A stretch of 64,000 nucleotides of DNA, from contig NC_091471.1 of the NCBI RefSeq assembly GCF_036971445.1, positions 264,740,001 to 264,804,000 of the forward strand, in the 5' to 3' direction. Positions 37,810-50,689 of the stretch are shown piece after piece. The stretch's first letter is position 1; every line of letters begins with the position of its first letter. Under the pieces are notes generated by a model. That model did not search any database and was not told the DNA's origin. It saw nothing but the letters and a program-made list of their open reading frames with translations. The stretch comes from Narcine bancroftii. Its lineage: Eukaryota. The translations under genes and the position numbers were made by a program.

Positions 37810-38995
37810 TGAACTCATCAATGAGGACAGAAGTAGTTCTAGCAGACCAGAGGATGGGAAGATAATAATCCAGGTTAACTACACAGAGGTAGGAAAATTG
37901 CTAGGGAGGATTTTGAGATAGAATTTTCAACATTTGGACAGCCAGGGGAAAAAGATCAAAAGAGAACCAGCATGGATTTGTGAGTGAGAAACAATCTCAT
38001 GAACTTGAAAGCATTTTTGAAGCATAGACAAAAAAGGTAGACAAGGGTAAGACATTGGAGGTCATTTACATGGATTTTACTAAAGTTTGATAAGGTCCCA
38101 CATGGTAGGTTGGTATGAAAGGTGAGGGGACACAGGATAGACCAACTAGACAGCATAAACTGTAGCTCAATGTTAAGTCAGAGTAGTTGCAGTAGATCCT
38201 TGAGGATTGTTGCTTTTTATAATACAGTATACACAAATTGGACAAGAACATTTGTGGCAAGGTGAGCTTGCTACTGACAAGAAAATTAGTACTACGTGGA
38301 CAGCGAAGGCAGCTACCCGGGTCTACATCATGATCTAGATCAGACAGGGAACTGGACTATGGAATGGCAGGTGCAGTTCAACTCAAAAATGAGGTGTTGC
38401 TTTTTGCCAAATAGAACCAGGGTAGGGCTTATTCTGTTAACAACGCTTATAGACTTAAGCAGAGGAACCCAAGAGGTGTAAATACACAACTTTTTAAAGG
38501 CAGCTGTGAAGAGTGCACTGGAATATCATGTGGAAATTGTACCATGTGCTAGTGGACTATGCTTAGAATAATGCATACCGGTTTGGTCATGTAACTGTAG
38601 GAAAGATGTTATAAAGATGGAAACAGAAGAGATTTACAATTGTTGCCAGGATGAGGGAAGTTGCATCATCTTGAGAATCCAAAAAGTTGTCCCATTCTTT
38701 AAAGTACAAGAAGTTGAGGGAATCTTAAAGAGTTCTAGAAAATCATGTGATGTTTCCTAGATTAGGAGAATCTAAGACAAAGGGACAGATTTTATAAGGT
38801 ATGTGAGGGGACAGGTCTTCACTCAGTGGGTGTTGGGCATATGGAATGAGCTGCCAGACAGAGAAGCAGGTATGTTAGTTACCTTTAAGAAACCTGCATG
38901 GGTGGGAGGGGCATGGGACAAATGCAGGTGTGGGATTAAAGCAGAAAGACATTGTTCAACTTGCACAAGCTGGGCTTGTTTCTGTGCTGCAAGAC
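37810..38995 (+). mobile_element. Degraded CR1-type LINE
   Basis: RT remnants (ccagcatggatttgtg = QHGF; IYMDFTKVFDKVPH-like; ggaatggcaggtgcagttcaac) and a CR1 3'UTR. Confidence 0.7.
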
Positions 38996-39055
38996 TGTCT
39001 CTAAAGTAACTTTCAGTTCAATGATCCAACAGCACCACAGTTTACATTCAGCTAC

Positions 39056-39226
39056 CTTGGCTTGGAAAGTTTGCTCCATGTCATCTTTATACTGTTTCAC
39101 TTGATCTTCATGCTGTTTCCGCAGCTCCTGAAGAGCCTCTGCCAATTTGGATTCGTAGTCAACTCTGCGCCCAGAATCTACCTCTACTATTCGACGGTCA
39201 TGTCTCTTCTTAGTTTCACGCACTTC
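39056..39226 (-). CDS. LMNB2: Lamin B2 exon 5 equivalent
   Basis: [57 protein letters not shown]; TAG acceptor, GT donor; 171 nt. Confidence 0.96.
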
Positions 39227-39709
39227 CTACATAAAGAGATTAATGATCATTTTGACTGGCTTTGTACTCAAACGCAGTTTGCAAATGAAAGGAGCAGTAT
39301 AAAATACAAGGGATCAGTTAGTTTTAACATTAGTGAGGCTTTATACAATTGTACATATTGCTAATCTTGCAAGAATAAAAAGATAAATTATTTGATTTAC
39401 AACAAATTTCTATACTGGAAATCCTGATTGTTCAACATCTGGAACCAGATAATTGCCACTTTCCCCAACATAGCTCAAGCTTGGTTCCAACATTCTACTT
39501 AAACTCAACCTGGTTCTGTATGGCACGATCCTTGATACTGACTGGGCCTCATTTCAGGCATCCCCTTTAGTCCAATCTGAATCTATGGAAAATTTATTAT
39601 TTTACTATTTACTTTAAAAGTGTGATGGAACACTAAATAGAACATGCAAGAAAAAATTTAAGCTTCCAAATTTCCAAGAGGCCTTGAAATTTAAGGATAG
39701 TGGAAATAT

Positions 39710-39896
39710 NNNNNNNNNNNNNNNNNNNNNNNNNNNNNNNNNNNNNNNNNNNNNNNNNNNNNNNNNNNNNNNNNNNNNNNNNNNNNNNNNNNNNNNNNNN
39801 NNNNNNNNNNNNNNNNNNNNNNNNNNNNNNNNNNNNNNNNNNNNNNNNNNNNNNNNNNNNNNNNNNNNNNNNNNNNNNNNNNNNNNNNNNNNNNNN
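39710..39896. other. Assembly gap (187 N) in LMNB2 intron 4
   Basis: Run of N bases. Confidence 1.
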
Positions 39897-40015
39897 CATC
39901 CCCTACTCCAGAAAGGATTAATTTACTTGACAATACAATAAATTTACTAATAGCAGAATTTTAAAAATGTTTTAAAATATTAGCAATTAAAAGATGAAAT
40001 TCCAAATAATCATAC

Positions 40016-40141
40016 CTCTTCAAACACATTTTTCCTGAATGCCAGTTCCTCATTTAGGCTCTGACATTGATTTTCCAAATCGACTCGCATCAATGTTTCC
40101 CCTTCCAATTGTTTTTTTGCAGCAGCCAGGGAGCTCTCAGC
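40016..40141 (-). CDS. LMNB2: Lamin B2 exon 4 equivalent
   Basis: [42 protein letters not shown]; TAG acceptor, GTATG donor; 126 nt. Confidence 0.96.
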
Positions 40142-40329
40142 CTAAATGGAAGAAAAATTAACTGCTTGGTGTATTTGATAATATATACAAAAAAAATGTA
40201 GGATTAAATAATTTTCAATAGGTCAATAGAGTTCCAAAACAACTCTTCTGCTACTGTATTCTTTCAATCATCTAAAACTGCTACAATGGATAGTAATTGC
40301 AAGATAAAGCTTTAATCTTAAAATTCAAA

Positions 40330-41100
40330 ACCAGGTTTGTTATGAAAAAGTCAAAATTTGTTGCTTTGCAACAGCAGTATTGTGCAGAAGAGGGTACAAA
40401 AATTTTTTTTTAATATAAAATCACTAAATACAAATCCATATTTACAAGATTTTTAAAAAAATGACTACAAAAAGAAAAAGGTGGTGCCCATAGATTAATC
40501 GTCTGCTCAGAAATCTGACAGCGAAGGGGAAGAAGCAGTTTTTGTAACATTCAGTGCATCTTCAGGCTCCACTACCTCCTTCCGGAGGACAACAGTAAGA
40601 AAAGGGCAGGGCCTTGATGGTGAGGAACCTTAATGATAGAAGATGCTTTTTTGAGGCCACGTCTGTTAAAATGTCCTAATGGAGTGAAGCCAGCGATGGC
40701 CAATTTTACAACACTCTGCAGCTTGTTCCTATCGTTTGCGCATTGCAATCAGTCAAAGTGATCTCCACAGTACATCTGTAGAAATTTGAAAGACTCTGGT
40801 GACATACTAAATCTCCTCAAATACCCAAAATACAACTGCTGGCTATATTCTTGATTGTATCAAGATGATGGACTCAGGATAGGTCTTCAGAGATGTTGAC
40901 AGCTAGGAATTTGAAGTTTCTTACCCTCTCCAATGCTAACCCCTCAATGAGGACTAGTTTGTGTTCCCCTGGTTTCCCCTTTCTGAAGTCCACAATCAGT
41001 TCCTTAGTTTTGCTGACATTGAATGCAAGGTTGTGACTGTGATATCACTCTACAAGATTAGCATTCCATCTGTGAATCTGCCAACACCACAGTGCCATCA
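40330..41100 (-). mobile_element. Degraded L2-like LINE fragment
   Basis: The - strand gives NLAFNVSKTKELIVDFRK...FKFLAVNISEDLS...; typical 3'UTR (ctttgcaacagcagta). Confidence 0.65.
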
Positions 41101-41494
41101 ACATTAATTATCTTAGATCACCAAATTTCATTTGTACGACCAATTATTAAAATTGTACGGAAAAAAAACAATTGTTTGGTTAGAGGCTTGTTGCACCTCC
41201 GCAAATGTCAACATTTTGACTAGTAATGCAAGAATGTTGAGATCAATAGTTCTTGGTCTCTTTAAAATGAAAATTGAAAAAATTGCAACTTTAACCACAT
41301 ATTTAATATTTACAGAATAAACAAGAATTTACAGAATACTAAATGCAGATAATGACATCCATCTTTCGTTTATGGAAAACTTGTCCAATCACAATTCAAA
41401 GCTCGAGAAAAAGTGTGCGCAAAATTTTAAATACCATGGCACACCACATTTTACACAGATCCCTTTAGAAAAAATTTCAAGTACAGTACTTTAC

Positions 41495-41651
41495 CTTAGC
41501 AAGCTGTGACCGCAAATCATCCATCTCTGCTTCCATACGACGGTTTTCACCAAGAGCAGTGTTAAGTGCCGCTTCATTTTTGTGAAATGTCAGTTCAAAA
41601 TCTTTCAACCGAGCAAGAGCCGATGCCAAGTCACTATCTTTCTTCTTGTAA
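41495..41651 (-). CDS. LMNB2: Lamin B2 exon 3 equivalent (coil 1B with lamin-specific heptads)
   Basis: xYKKKDSDLASALARLKDFELTFHKNEAALNTALGENRRMEAEMDDLRSQLAK; CAG acceptor, GTAAAG donor; 157 nt. In frame with all downstream exons to the stop. Confidence 0.93.
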
Positions 41652-42225
41652 CTGTTGAAAAGATTTCAATAAATATAACCATGTCCTTAAAATACAGAAA
41701 TTTGTCAAAAAGATTATTTTGCACATTTTATTTTCAGGTTTAACTAAACATGACAATTTTAATCTAAATTTGCAGACAGAGAACAAAACAATTCTACTAT
41801 AATTAAAGCAATATTTTTTTCAGTAATGAAGATGCTGTTTACATCCGGTACCGCACAGATGGAAGTCTCTTCAATCTGAGGCGCCTGCAAGCTCACACCA
41901 AGACACAAGAGCAACTCGTCCGTGAACTACTCTTTGCAGACAATGCCGCTTTAGTTGCCCATTCAGAGCAAGCTCTTCAGTGCTTTTTTTTTCACACCAT
42001 AAATCACAATAGCCATGATATACACTTTTTCTTTTCCACACATTTACAGTGACTTTTTCTCCCCCCCCCCCCCTCCTCCCAAGCCTCCCCCCCACCCCCC
42101 CCCTCATCCATTTTAGGAATACAATCTAGGTTGCATTAATTCAGTCAGACAATGTTGTCATTCAACAAAAATACACCAGAAATTCTACTGAGTCCATTCT
42201 TTTCTTTTCTTCTCCTTCCATCAAC

Positions 42226-45200
42226 TTAGGTAATGTTTGTTCCCGGTAGGTTTTCGCTATTGTATTTAATGTAAGGCTCCCATACTTGTTCGAATATTTC
42301 AATATTATTTCTTAAACTATATGTTATTTTTTCTAATGGAATACATTTATTCATTTCTATATACCATTGTTGTATTTTCAAATTATCTTCCAATTTCCAG
42401 GTTGACATAATACATTTTTTTGCTACGGCTAGGGCTATCTTGACAAATCTTTTTTGTGCATCTTCCAAGTCAATTCCAAATTCTTTATTTTTTATGTTAC
42501 TTAGGAGAAAGATCTCTGGATTCTTTGGTATATTGTTTTCTGTTATTTTATTTAATATCTGATTGAGATCATCCCAAAATTTTTCTACTCTCTCACATGT
42601 CCAGATTGCATGAATTGTTGTTCCCCTTTCTTTTTTACATTGAAAACATCTATCAGATACTGTTGGGTCCCATTTATTTAACTTTTGCGGTGTAATGTAT
42701 AGTCTGTGTAACCAATTATATTGTATCATACGCATCCTCGTATTTATTGTATTTCTCATCGTTCCAGAACATAATTTCTCCCATGTTTCCTTTTTTATCT
42801 TTATATTTAAATCTTGTTCCCATTTTTGTTTAGTTTTACCATTTGTTTCCTCATTCTCCTTTTCTTGCAGTTTGATATACATATTTGTTATAAATCTTTT
42901 GATTAACATTGTATCTGTAATCACATATTCAAGGTTACTTCCCTCTGGTAAACTCAAATTGCTTCCTAATTTATCTTTCAAGTAGGATCTCAGTTGGTAA
43001 TATGCCAGTGCTGTATCTCCAGTTATATTGTACTTATCTCTCATTTGTTCAAAGGATAAGAATCTACTTCCTGAAAAACAATTTTCTATTCTTTTAATCC
43101 CTTTTTTTTCCCATTTTCTAAAGGAAAGGTTGTCTATTGTAAAAGGGAGTAGCTTATTTTGCGTCAATATTAGTTTTGGTATTTGATAATTTATTTTATT
43201 TCTTTCTACATGCATCTTCTTCCATATATTGAGGAGATGGTGTAATACTGGAGAAGTTCTATGTTGTACCAATTTTTCGTCCCATTTATATAATGTGTTC
43301 AGGTATCTTTTCCCCTATTTTATCTAATTCTAGTCTCGTCCAGTCTGGTTTTTCCCTTGTTTGATAAAAATCTGATAGGTACCTTAATTGTGCGGCTCTA
43401 TAATAATTTTTGAAGTTTGGCAATTGTAAGCCTCCTTGTTTATACCATTCTGTTAATTTATCTAGTGCTATCCTCGGTTTCCCCCCTCTCTATAAAAATC
43501 TCCTTATTATTTTCTTTAACTCTTTGAAGAATTTTTCTGTCAGTTGTATTGGCAATGCCTGAAATAAGTAGAGTATCCTTGGAAAAATGTTCATTTTAAT
43601 ACAGTTTATCCTTCCTATCAGTGTTAGTGGTAGCTCTTTCCAATGCTCTAAATCGTCCTGTAATTTTTTCATTAGTGGATTGTAATTGAGTTTATATAAT
43701 TGGCCTAGATTTTTGTTTATTTGCACACCTAGGTATCTTATTGCCTGCGTTTGCCATCTGAATGGGGATTCCTCCTTAAATTTTGAGAAATCCGCGTTAT
43801 TCATAGGCATTGCTTCACTTTTATTTACGTTTATCTTGTATCCCGACACTTCTCCATATTCCTTCAATTTCTTATATAGTTCTTTTATTGATAGTTCTGG
43901 TTCTGTTAAGTACACTATCACATCATCCGCAAATAGACTGATTTTATATTCCCTGTCTTTTATTTTTATTCCTTTTATATTATTATCTATTCTTATCGAT
44001 TCTGCTAGTGGTTCTATAGCTAGCGCAAACAATAATGGTGATAGTGGGCATCCCTGCCGCGTTGACCTGCTTAAGTTAAATTGCTTTGATACCTGTCCAT
44101 TTACTGTCACTTTTGCTAACGGTCCCTCATATAATGCTTTAATCCAATTAATATACTTCTCCGGTAAACTGAATTTTTGCAATACTTTGAACAAGTAATT
44201 CCATTCTACTCTGTCGAAGGCCTTCTCTGCGTCTAAAGCAACTGCTACTGCCGGTGTTTTATTTCCTTCTACTGCATGAATTAAGTTAATAAATTTACAA
44301 ATATTGTCTGTTGTGCGTCTTTTTTTGATAAATCCAGTTTGGTCTAAATTTACCATTTTCGGTACCTGTTCTGCTAATCTGTTTGCTAATAGTTTAGCTA
44401 TTATCTTATAATCTGTGTTTAGCAGAGATATTGGTCTATATGACGCTGGTGAGAGTGGATCTTTCCCTTGTTTTAGTATCACTGTAATTATTGCTGTTTT
44501 ACATGAATCTGGTAAGTTTTGTGTCTCATCGATCTGGTTGATTACATCCAGGAGGGGCGGTATTATTAGATCTTTAAATGTTTTGTAGAATTCTATTGGG
44601 AGTCCATCCTCTCCTGGTGTCTTATTATTTGGTAAATTTTTTATTATCTCTTGTATTTCTACTGTTCCAAATGGTTCTGTTAATTTATTTTGTTCCTCTA
44701 TTTGTAGTTTTGGTAGTTCAATTTTAGTCAAAAATTCATCTATTTTCCCTTCTTTCCCTTCGTTTTCAGTTCGGTATAATTGTTCATAGAATTCTCTGAA
44801 GTTTTCCTTAATTTCTTTTGGATTATATGTAATTTGTTTGTCTTTTTTCCTTGTTGCCAATACCATTTTCTTAGTTTGCTCTGTCTTAAGCTGCCATGCT
44901 AAGATTTTGTGTGTTTTTTCACCTAGTTCATAATATTTCTGTTTTGTCTTCATTATATTCTTCTCCACCTTATATGTTTGTAATGTTTCATATTTTATTT
45001 TTTTATCCGCCAATTCTCTTCTTTTGGTTGTATCTTCCTTTTTTGCTAATTTTTTTTCTATGTTTATTATTTCCCTTTCCAACTGCTCTGTTTCCTGATT
45101 ATAGTCCTTCTTCATCTTGGTTGCATAACTTATTATTTGTCCTCTAATGAATGCTTTCATTGCGTCCCATAGTATAAACTTATCTTCCACTGATTCCATA

Positions 45201-46019
45201 TTTACTTCAAAGTACATTTTTAATTGTTTTTCAATAAATTCTCTAAAATCCTGTCTTTTAAGTAGCATGGGGTTTAATCTCCATCTATACATTCTTGGAG
45301 GGATGTCCTCTAGCTCTATTGCCAATAACAGGGGTGAGTGGTCCGATAATAGTCTAGCTTTATATTCCGTTTTCCTAACTCTCCCTTGAATGTGGGCTGA
45401 TAACAGGAATAGGTCTATCCTTGAGTATGTTTTATGTCTAGTCGAGTAGTATGAGTATTCCTTTTCTTTTGGGTTTTGTTTCCTCCATATGTCCACAAGT
45501 TTCATTTCTTGCATTGATTTAATTATAAATTTGGTTACTTTGTTCTTCCTGTTAATTTTTTTCCGTTTTATCCATATTTGGATCCAAATTCAGATTGAAA
45601 TCCCCACCTATTAATATGTTCCCTTGTGTATTAGCTAGCTTCAAAAAGATATCTTGCATAAACTTTTGATCTTCTTCGTTAGGTGAATATATATTAAGTA
45701 GATTCCAAAGCTCCGAATATATCTGACATTTTATCATAACATATCTCCCTGCTGGATCTATTATTTCCTCTTCTATTTTAAATGGTACATTTTTGCTAAT
45801 TAATATAGCCACTCCTCTTGCTTTTGAATTATACGATGCTGCTGTTACATGTCCTACCCAATCTCTCTTTAATTTCTTGTGCTCCAATTCAGTTAAGTGT
45901 GTTTCTTGGACAAATGCTATATCTATTTTTTCCTTTTTCAGTAAATTTAGTAGTTTCTTCCTTTTAATTTGGTTATGAATTCCATTAATATTTAGAGTCA
46001 TATAGTTCAGCGTAGCCAT
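42226..46019 (-). pseudogene. L1 ORF2 (APE endonuclease, RT, Cys-rich domain), disrupted
   Basis: Motifs NING, QETH, GDFN, SDH, PGEDG, YRPISLL, DAEKAFD, QGCPLSP, FADD, CxxC...HxxWxC. Frameshifts near 45560 and 43293; TGG>TAG at 43490-43492. Confidence 0.92.
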
Positions 46020-46617
46020 TTTATATTTTGTTTATCTTCTCTTTCCGTTTTTCCATCATTACCTTTCCTCCTTTTCCATTTCTGTTTTCTTATTTTCAAC
46101 TCTTTACCAGACAACATTCCTACAACATCCAACATTTTCCTTATTCTCCTATTTCTATCTTCTTTATCCCCAATCTCCCCTTCCCCTCCTGAGTTGTCCT
46201 TTATCCCTTGTCGGACAACCACATCTCCCTTCTCCATTTGGATTTGCGAATCCACTCGCAAGCGTCAACTGATTTTGCAGTGACCGCTCTTTTCCCCCAC
46301 CCAGCCCCCCACAGAAAAGATTTCACTTTTTATATGTCACAAAGGTCACTCTTTTAATTCCCTCCTTATTCTCTCTATTCCCTTACCTTCCCTTATTAAT
46401 TCTTATCTATACTATCCATGTTTTCCTCTAATTACAGATACTTTCACGTATGCCCATTGTCTCTATTCACTCTTATACCTCTTTACCCGCATACATATCA
46501 ATTGTGGTCATTTTTACCCTCATTACCCGTCTTCATCCCTCAGTCTATTTTGTCTTTACCCACATACATATCAATCGTGATCATTTTTGCTCTCATTACC
46601 CGTCTTCATCCCTCAGT

Positions 46618-47808
46618 CTATTTTTGTAATTGTTCTGCAAATTTTCGTGCTTCTTCTGGATCCGAGAACAGTCTGTTTTGTTGTCCTGGAATAAATATTT
46701 TCAATACCGCAGGATGCTTCAGTGTAAATTTATATCCTTTCTTCCATAAAATCGCTTTTGCTGTATTGAACTCTTTTCTCTTCTTTAGGAGTTCAAAGCT
46801 TATATCTGGATAAATGAAGATTTTTTGCCCTTTATACTCCAGTGGTTTGTTGCCCTCTCTTACTTTTTCCATTGCCTTCTCCAGTACCTTTTCTCTTGTA
46901 GCATATCTTAGGAATTTTACTACAATAGATCTTGGTTTTTGTTGTGGTTGTGGTTTAGGGGCCAATGCTCTATGTGCCCTTTCTATTTCCATTTCTTGCT
47001 GTAGTTCTGGACATCCTAGGGCCTTAGGGATCCATTCTTTTATAAACTCCCTCATATTCTTGCCTTCTTCATCTTCCTTAAGGCCCACTATCTTTATGTT
47101 ATTTCTTCTGTTATAATTTTCCATTATATCTATTTTTTGGGCTCGTAATTATTGTGTCTCTTTAGTTTTTTTATTAGATTCCTCCAATTTCTTTTTTAAG
47201 TCTTCTACCTCCATTTCTGCTGCTATTGCCCGTTCTTCCATCTTGTCCATTTTTTTCCCCCCATTTCTGTTAAGGTCATATCCATTTTATTTTTTTTTTT
47301 TCTGTGTTGTTTATTCTTTTTCTTAAATCATTGAATTCCTGTGTTTGCCATTCTTTAAATGACTCCATGTATCCTCTAACAAGAGCAAGTATATCCTTTA
47401 CCTTGCCTTTCCCTTTATCTATTTCACTGTATTCTTCCTCTTCTTCTTTCTCTGGGTTGGCCATCTGTTGTTTCTTTGATGCCCTTTCCTCCTCTTCTTT
47501 CTTGTTTCCATTGTCTTCTGTGGTCTCTTCTTGCTGCAGGTGTTCTGCAGCTGCCGTTGCCGGCTGTGGAGATCGACTCCCCAGCTGGTCCCCCCTCCCG
47601 TCGGTGAGGAGTCGCGCATGCGCGGTTGCGCACTTTTACTCGGCTCTGTGAGCCATTGTTGTAGTTCTTTTTCTACCGACCTGAGGTAGTGGGCTCCTCT
47701 CTCCACAGCGGGCCTCTTCGGACAGGTAAGGCCTTCACCTTTTTCCTCCGTTGTCTTCTCTTCCTCTCTTCTTTCCGTTGATTTTGATTTTTCTCCTTTT
47801 GTCTCCAT
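46618..47808 (-). pseudogene. L1 ORF1 (Transposase_22-like), frameshifted
   Basis: ENYNRRNNIKIVGLKE...IERAHR...PRSIVVKFLRY...IYPDIS...PEEARKF. The N-terminal coiled-coil part is broken across frames; the start is uncertain. Confidence 0.85.
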
Positions 47809-49814
47809 CTTCTTTCCACCTTTATACTCACTTTTCTTTAACTTGTATTTCTGTGCCTTTGTGTTTTTCTTTGTTTTTCCCGACTTTTCTGGAGAGGGCT
47901 GGAGTTCACCGTCCGGCCACTACTCCATCACGTGACTCCTCAGCTCTTCAGTGCTTGACGTCCTGTTTTGCGGAAACTGTCAAAATGTTTGGCCTGGAAG
48001 TCAGCCTGAAGAAAACTGAGGTCCACCATCAGCCAGCTCCCCACCATGACTACCAGTCGCCCCACAGCTCCATCGGGCACACAAAACTCAAAACGGTCAA
48101 CCAGTTTACCAATCTCGGCTGCACCATTTCATCAGATGCAAGGATCGACAACGAGATAGACAACAGACTCACCAAGGTAAATAGCGCCTTTGGAAGACTA
48201 CACAAGAGTCTGGAAAAACAACCAAATGAAAAACCTCACAAAGATAAGCGTATACAGAGCCGTTGTCATGCCCACACTCCTGTTCGACTCCGAATCATGG
48301 GTCCTATACTGGCATCACCTACAGCTCCTAGAACGCTCCCACCAGCGTTGTCTCCTCTCCATCCTCAACATTCATTGGAGCGACTTCATCTCCAACATCG
48401 AAGTACTCGAGATGGCAGAGGCCGACAGCATCGAATCCACGCTGCTGAAGATCCAACTGCGCTGGGTAGGTCACGTCTCCAGAATGGAGGACCATTGCCT
48501 TCCCAAGATCGTGTTATATGGCAAGCTCTCCAGTGGCCACCGAGACAGAGGTGCACCAAAGAAGAGGTACAAGGACTGCCTAAAGAAATCTCTTGGTGCC
48601 TGCCACATTGACCACCGCCAGTGGACTGATATCGCCTCAAACCGTGCATCTTGGCCTCTCACAGTTTGGCGGGCAGCAACCTCCTTTGAAGAAGACCGCA
48701 GAGCCCACCTCACTGACAAAAGACAAAGGAGGAAAAACCCAACACCCAACCCCAACCAACCAATTTTCCCTTGCAACCGCGTCTGCCTGTCCCGCATCGG
48801 ACTTGTCAGCCACAAACGAGCCTGCTGACATGGACATTACCCCTCCATAAATCTTCGTCTGCGAAGCCAAGCCAAAGAAAAAAAAAGCAATATTACTTTT
48901 TATATTAAATAATCCATTTTGGTAGTTTTTAATGAATATTAAACACTTAGCAACTGCCCAAGATTGGTTCTTACTTATTGCATAACAGTTATTTAAAATG
49001 TCTCAGCACTTGTAGAAAGACAAGAATCATAATTAAATAATTATTTCTAATTCACATTCATAGATCAGGACAGATAGGTGCCAAAGAAAGTTTCTTCCAG
49101 TAGAGGTCAAGCAAGTAAAATTTCCCAAAATGGGTTTTGGATTGCTAACTTATTCTTAACACATAGCTGGAGCAAAGTAATGCCTGAGAAATTCCAATAA
49201 AATTGACCATTCAAACAATTGCCCCCAGACCATCCAAACAATGCTAAAATCTAAACTTTTCCTCCTAGGATTTCAGTTTATTGCAAAGGAGCAGCAATTT
49301 TTAAAGGTTAAAAATTATTTTTGGCAGTTTTCCCAATCAGATAAAACCTCAAATCACATCCAAGTTCAACATCTCAAATCAGTTTCAAACAGAAGTTTTG
49401 TCAACTCCCAATTTACCAATGACTGATGGAGGACATGGATAAATTATCAACCTCCTTCCCCCCCACCCCCCTCCCAACTTGCAAGTGCCAAGTTCCATTT
49501 TTAGGATTCCATTCTTGCAATATACTTAAACTGCATCCTTTCTCACTGTCACTGCACCACTGTAGAAAAGTCGTTAGGAAGACAAATTTGGCACAAAAGG
49601 GAAGACTATAGAAAGAGGGAAACATTGTTATAATTATACAGGGTCTCATCTGAGCACAATTTTATATATTGGTATTTGACTCTGAAGATATCCATTAGGC
49701 CAAGTTCTGAGATGAGGATTGTTCACAACAATCCATATTCTTCAGACTTCAGAAATAAGGGGCAATCTTATTGAAAGACAAGATCTTCAGGGGCATGACA
49801 GTAGATGCCAAGAT

Positions 49815-50440
49815 AACATCATTTGCAAATCTGCAGAAATCATCTACTGAATCTGGTGTTCCTGTTGTGGCCTTCGTCGGAGTGACTGGACACAGACTGG
49901 GCAATCGCTTTGGTGAGCACCTTGGCTCTACCTGCACCAATGACAGGAATCTCCCAATCACCAACCATTTAAATTCTGTGCAACACTCCTGCGCTGACGT
50001 CTGTCCATGACCTCATGCACTGCCAACCCAGGACCAATGGTAAATTAGCAAGATCCAATATTTCATCGGAGCACCCACCAAGCAGAGGGCATTAGAATCA
50101 ACTTCTCCGGTTTCTGCTAGACCACTGTTCTCCACTCTTCCCCATCCTTGTCTCCTATCCTCCAGCTCTCTATCCCTTTTATTCTTCATTCAGAGCTATT
50201 CCCCCAAACTGTTTCGCTTTTGCCTTCCCTTCCTATTATGCCTCACATGTGGGCTTGAGCTCTCTACCTGCCCCTCCTCCCCACCATTTCATTCAGGTAC
50301 CAGTCTACATTTTTGCATATACCCTGAAGGGAAGAAAGCTGAAAGAATGGTTATGCATCTTTATCTCTGCTATACAAAGTATGCAGTTTCTCCAGCATTG
50401 TGTTTTTACTTCAATCATGCATCTGCAGACTTGTTTCACT
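49815..50440 (+). mobile_element. Penelope-like element fragment
   Basis: GIY-YIG remnant (VGVTGHRLGNRFGEHL...LPITNHLNS) and 3' region. Confidence 0.7.
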
Positions 50441-50689
50441 AGATGCCAAGATATTTCCATTTGTGGGAGCCATAATTACAAGATTATGGACAGTCATTTG
50501 CATAGGAACTTGGGTCTCCCAGAGGATGGCGAAACTTCTCTGGAGTGTGAAGTCATGATCATGGGGATATTTTATTTCAAAAAGTAGAGAAAATATTAAA
50601 GATCAGGAATTGAAAAAAATGAGGCCAGCGGCAGAATTGAAGGACTCACACCTGCTTTATTTTCCAATAAAATTGAACACAACTGAATA

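Larger units (their letters stand above)
41986..47940 (-). mobile_element. Near full-length L1-clade LINE
   Basis: 5'UTR, ORF1, ~600-bp spacer, ORF2, G-rich 3'UTR, short poly(A). 15-bp TSD agctcttcagtgctt at 41971-41985 and 47942-47956. Confidence 0.95.
41823..48883 (+). mobile_element. RTE-clade LINE split by a full-length L1
   Basis: 41823-41985 reads YRTDGSLFNLRRLQAHTK...ELLFADNAAL and continues at 47942-48883. TSD aaagcaatatt at 41805-41815 and 48884-48894. Confidence 0.92.

Noticed and set aside
39633-39941. ORFs made of X residues
   Set aside because: Artefacts of the N gap.
39227-40015. Lamin B3-type alternative first exon (mammalian germ-line isoform starting in intron 4)
   Set aside because: No convincing ATG-to-donor exon in the visible part. 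The intron contains an assembly gap, so it cannot be fully excluded.
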